This document shows, piece after piece, positions 52,173 through 55,109 of a DNA stretch of 55,109 bases. The position numbers and the translations under genes were made by a program. The notes beneath the pieces are model-generated. The model saw only the letters and a list, made by a program, of their open reading frames with translations. It ran no database searches and had not been told where the DNA came from. Each line of letters begins with the position of its first letter. Positions within the stretch are counted from its first letter, which is position 1. The stretch comes from Solirubrobacterales bacterium (GTDB taxonomy: Bacteria; Actinomycetota; Thermoleophilia; Solirubrobacterales; 70-9): positions 1 through 55,109 of the forward strand of contig JBAVGD010000002.1 of assembly GCA_049684635.1 (NCBI GenBank), given 5' to 3'.

Positions 52173-52228
52173 GCGGGCCACCGCCCGTCTCCACGCACGC
52201 AGGGCCTCGGAACGCATATAAGCCACGC

Positions 52229-53458
52229 ATGGACATCGGCTTCGGCGACGCGGTGCTGCTCTTCGGCGGTCTGCTCGCAGTGGTGGGAGCCCTTTCCGGG
52301 CTTATGCGGGGGACCGTGCTCTCGGCCTCGGTCCTCTCGGTCGCGCTGGGCATCGTCCTCGCCAGCGCCGGTGTGGTCAGCGTCGACGCCACCAGCCAGT
52401 CGATCGTCCAACTGGTCGAGCTGGCGCTGATCCTCACCCTCTTCTCCGACGGGATGTTCGTCGAGCGCGAGCTGCTGCGGCGGCACTGGAGCCCGGTCGC
52501 CCGGGCGCTCGTGATCGCGATGCCGATCACGATGGTGCTGCTGGCGCTCGCCGCGAAGGCGCTCTTCCCCAGCTTCAGCTGGGCAGAGGCGTTCCTGCTG
52601 GCGGCGGTGCTCTCTCCCACCGATCCGGTTGTCACTTCGGCCGTCGTAACCTCACGGTTGGTGCCGAGCGCCGTGCGGCACACGCTCAACCTTGAGTCCG
52701 GGCTGAATGACGGGCTGGCGCTGCCCTTCGTCCTCTTCTTCCTCGTCCTGGCCGGCCCCGGGGGAAACCCGGGCGGAGAGGGGGTGAAGCTGATCGGCGA
52801 GGCACTGGTCGGGGCGGCGGTTGGCCTGTCGCTCGGCGCGCTGGGTGGGCGCCTCCATCACCATCTTCCCGGCGGCGGATTGACGCAGCGCTACGAGGGG
52901 ATCTACTCGGTCGGCTTCGCGCTCGTCGCCTTCGGGCTCTCCGACGTGACGATCGGCAACGGCCTGATCGCCGCCTTCGTCTGCGGGATCGCGATGGCCG
53001 CAGCCGAGCGGGATGTCCCTGAGGGCTTTGTCGAATTCGCCGAGAATGCCAGCGCGATCTTCCAGGTGCTGACGTTCTTCGTTTTTGGCGCCCTGATCGT
53101 CGCCACCGGCTTCGACCACAGCATTCCTCCGCTCGTCGTCTTCGTCGCCTTTGCGCTGCTTATCGCCCGGCCGGTCGCGGTCCAGCTTTCCTTCGTGCGG
53201 ACCGGCATTCCCCGGTCCCAGAAGGCCTTCATGGCCTGGTTTGGGCCCAAGGGAGTGGCATCGATGCTGTTCGCACTGTTCGTCCTGAAGTCACGTGTTG
53301 GCAACGGCGAGCTGATCTTCGACATTGCTGCGATTGTCATCCTCTCCTCCATCGTTGCCCATGGGTTGACGGATACGCTCGGAGCTCGCTGGATGGCACG
53401 CCGCGTCGATGAGGATGCCGCGAAGGGCGGCCATCTCGGGACCGCCGGTCTGGACTGA
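52229..53458 (+). CDS. cation:proton antiporter (Na+/H+ exchanger family)
   Basis: 409 aa, about 11-12 TM segments; LILTLFSDGMFV and LSPTDPVV motifs are typical of the Na_H_Exchanger family. Confidence 0.8.
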   Translation: MDIGFGDAVLLFGGLLAVVGALSGLMRGTVLSASVLSVALGIVLASAGVVSVDATSQSIVQLVELALILTLFSDGMFVERELLRRHWSPVARALVIAMPITMVLLALAAKALFPSFSWAEAFLLAAVLSPTDPVVTSAVVTSRLVPSAVRHTLNLESGLNDGLALPFVLFFLVLAGPGGNPGGEGVKLIGEALVGAAVGLSLGALGGRLHHHLPGGGLTQRYEGIYSVGFALVAFGLSDVTIGNGLIAAFVCGIAMAAAERDVPEGFVEFAENASAIFQVLTFFVFGALIVATGFDHSIPPLVVFVAFALLIARPVAVQLSFVRTGIPRSQKAFMAWFGPKGVASMLFALFVLKSRVGNGELIFDIAAIVILSSIVAHGLTDTLGARWMARRVDEDAAKGGHLGTAGLD

Positions 53459-53476
53459 GCTTTCTGACTCAGGCCA

Positions 53477-54388
53477 CTAGGCCGACGCCGGGGCGGCGTT
53501 GAGGCGCAGCTCGACCCCACGGGTCGAGGCGATGTGGCGGTTCATGCCCAGTTCCTTCGGCTCGAAGCCGAGGGCCAGGCCGACCAGCTGCGGCAAGTGC
53601 AGGACCGGGAGGTCGAGGTCGCGGTTGACGACCTTGGCCGCCTCGGGCTGCTGCATGTCGAGGTTGAGATGACAGAGCGGGCACGGCGTGACGAGACAGT
53701 CGGCACCGGCGTCCTGCCCGTCGCCGATGTGGGTGCCGGCCTGGCGCAGCGATGTCTCGCGGTTCATGGTGATCACCGGGAAGCCACAGCACTTGCGGGC
53801 GCCGTCGTAATCGACAGCCTCGCCGCCGAGCGTCTCGATGACCTGCTCGAGGTACAGGTCCCGGTCCGGATTGTCCTCGTAGCCAAGCCGCTCCTTCGGG
53901 CGCACGACGTAGCAACCGTAGAAGGGACCCACCTTCAGCTCCGAGAGCGGCCGCACGACCTTCTCGGCAAGCTTGTCCAGCCCGTAGTCCTCGACCAGGA
54001 GCCAGAGGAAGTTCTTGTTGCTGAAGCCGTCCTTGACGTACTCGAGGCCCTGCTCACCAAGCGTCTCGTTGACGTGGGACCGGTAGGCCGAGTCGGCGTC
54101 GAGCCGCTGCTGGCACTCGGACTGGGCGCCCTGGCAAGTCGAGCAGATGTTCATCATCGGCAGCCCGGTCTGCTGGGCGAGCGCGAAGGTGCGGGCGTTG
54201 AGCGTGTCGGCCAGCTCCTGGTTGTGCTCGGCGATCACCCCGGCGCCGCAGCAGTTGCCGCGGTCGAGTTCGACCAGCTCGATGCCGAGGCGCTCGGCGA
54301 CGAGCGCCATCGAGCCGTGCAGCTCGGTCGTGAAGCCGCGCGAGACGCAGCCGGGCCAGTAGGCGACCTTCAGGTTCCCGTTGCTCAC
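53477..54388 (-). CDS. CCG-domain protein (HdrB-like), probable membrane-associated subunit of a non-classical succinate dehydrogenase/fumarate reductase
   Basis: Two CCG motifs (GNCCGAG, RKCCGFP) with flanking Cys (CSTCQ, CPLCH). GTG 54388 lies behind GGAGGAG and overlaps the sdhB-like stop (GTGA). The upstream part of ORF 53477..55087 is an alternative-frame artefact. Confidence 0.8.
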   Translation of the reverse strand: MSNGNLKVAYWPGCVSRGFTTELHGSMALVAERLGIELVELDRGNCCGAGVIAEHNQELADTLNARTFALAQQTGLPMMNICSTCQGAQSECQQRLDADSAYRSHVNETLGEQGLEYVKDGFSNKNFLWLLVEDYGLDKLAEKVVRPLSELKVGPFYGCYVVRPKERLGYEDNPDRDLYLEQVIETLGGEAVDYDGARKCCGFPVITMNRETSLRQAGTHIGDGQDAGADCLVTPCPLCHLNLDMQQPEAAKVVNRDLDLPVLHLPQLVGLALGFEPKELGMNRHIASTRGVELRLNAAPASA

Positions 54389-55109
54389 TGCGTCTCCTCC
54401 TCGTCGCCGCCCTCGCCCTTGATGTACAGGTTGAGCTGCTGCCGGCTCTCCTGGGCGCGGGCGTAGATCGCCTTGACCTCGTCCTGGGCGCCACCGGGAA
54501 GCTTGTGGTGCGGGGCGAGCCATTTGCTGCGCACCTTGCCCGTCTTGATCGTGCGGAATATCGTCGGCAGCGCGCCGACGATTTCCTTGATCGCCCGTTT
54601 GCTGGGTTTCAGCTTGCCCTTGATGCCGAAGGCGAACGACTCTCGCGGCAGCGCCACCTCGTCGAGCGTTCCCTTCTTTTCGATGATCTTGACGAAAGCC
54701 AGCTCGTGGGTGTGGCCGCTGTTGGGGTCCTCGATCCCTTCTTCGCCGGCGCGGCGCCGCAGGCGCATGATCTGGTCCATCGGCGCCACGTCCTTGGGGC
54801 AGGCATCGACGCAGCTGAAGCAGTGGGTGCAGTCGTAGAGCCCGTGCGGGTCGTCGGCGAGGTCGTGCAGGCGCTCCTTGGTCTCGGCGTCGCGCGGGTC
54901 GCCGACGAAGCGGTAGGCCTTGGCCAGCGCGGCGGGTCCGATGAAGTCCGGGTCCGCCTCCAGCGAGAGGCAGGACGAGACGCAGGCACCGCACTGGATG
55001 CAGGCCATCGTCTGGGTGATGTCGATCATCGACTCCGGCTCGACGATGTACTCGCGCTCGGGCGGCTCGCCGTGCGGCAGTAGCCACGGGGTGACGCGGC
55101 GCATCTTCT
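54385..55109 (-). CDS. sdhB: succinate dehydrogenase/fumarate reductase iron-sulfur subunit (5' end outside the window) with a C-terminal extension
   Basis: [11 protein letters not shown] and [13 protein letters not shown] cluster motifs. The N-terminal 2Fe-2S domain is not in the window, and the frame is open to the edge. Confidence 0.8.
   Translation of the reverse strand, partial: KMRRVTPWLLPHGEPPEREYIVEPESMIDITQTMACIQCGACVSSCLSLEADPDFIGPAALAKAYRFVGDPRDAETKERLHDLADDPHGLYDCTHCFSCVDACPKDVAPMDQIMRLRRRAGEEGIEDPNSGHTHELAFVKIIEKKGTLDEVALPRESFAFGIKGKLKPSKRAIKEIVGALPTIFRTIKTGKVRSKWLAPHHKLPGGAQDEVKAIYARAQESRQQLNLYIKGEGGDEEETQ

Noticed and set aside
54389-55087. Upstream part of the 536-aa ORF 53477..55087
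   Set aside because: This is an alternative frame over the sdhB-like gene. The CCG-domain gene starts at GTG 54388 behind a GGAGGAG Shine-Dalgarno sequence.
1-55109. CRISPR arrays, rRNA genes, IS elements or transposases, prophage genes
   Set aside because: No regularly spaced direct repeats, rRNA-like sequence, transposase, integrase or phage structural motifs were recognised on either strand.

Overview
High-GC (roughly 68-70% by eye) chromosomal segment. The gene content looks actinobacterial: MmpL transporters, an F420-type Ddn-like reductase, LigC, folE2, many TetR/MerR/PadR regulators and frequent ATGA/GTGA start-stop overlaps. The taxon assignment is inference only. I can support about 60 protein genes, 2 tRNAs (Tyr-GTA, Val-CAC) and one long Alu-domain-containing SRP RNA that the ORF track cannot show. 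I saw no CRISPR array, rRNA, transposase or integrase. Housekeeping blocks are sigA, ffs...dnaX-ybaB-recR, ask-asd, lepB, pgsA, folE2, arfB and an sdhB/CCG-subunit pair. Accessory or unusual parts: (1) two AbiE-type (type IV) toxin-antitoxin loci. One, at the left edge, has its toxin cut after 52 codons at a ~65-bp AT-rich junction. The other is intact but in toxin-first order, sits co-directionally behind a Fic gene next to tRNA-Val, and shares an AT-rich motif with the Fic promoter region. (2) A translationally coupled DCD-type dCTP-deaminase-like gene and ytoQ, followed by a perfect LexA/SOS box abutting an SplB-like radical SAM gene, with LigC nearby. (3) A 470-bp lower-GC, ORF-poor region with 12-nt direct repeats and a terminator-like hairpin upstream of a membrane HD-GYP gene. 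(4) A 53-bp, ~30% GC composite palindrome between padR-mmpL and ask. (5) A compositionally deviant ArsR gene heading a ferritin-like lipoprotein-MmpL-pgsA cluster. All coordinates, repeat matches and GC values are hand-derived. Family calls rest on recognised motifs, not on searches. Many long ORFs in the track are antisense or alternative-frame artefacts typical of high-GC DNA and are rejected.
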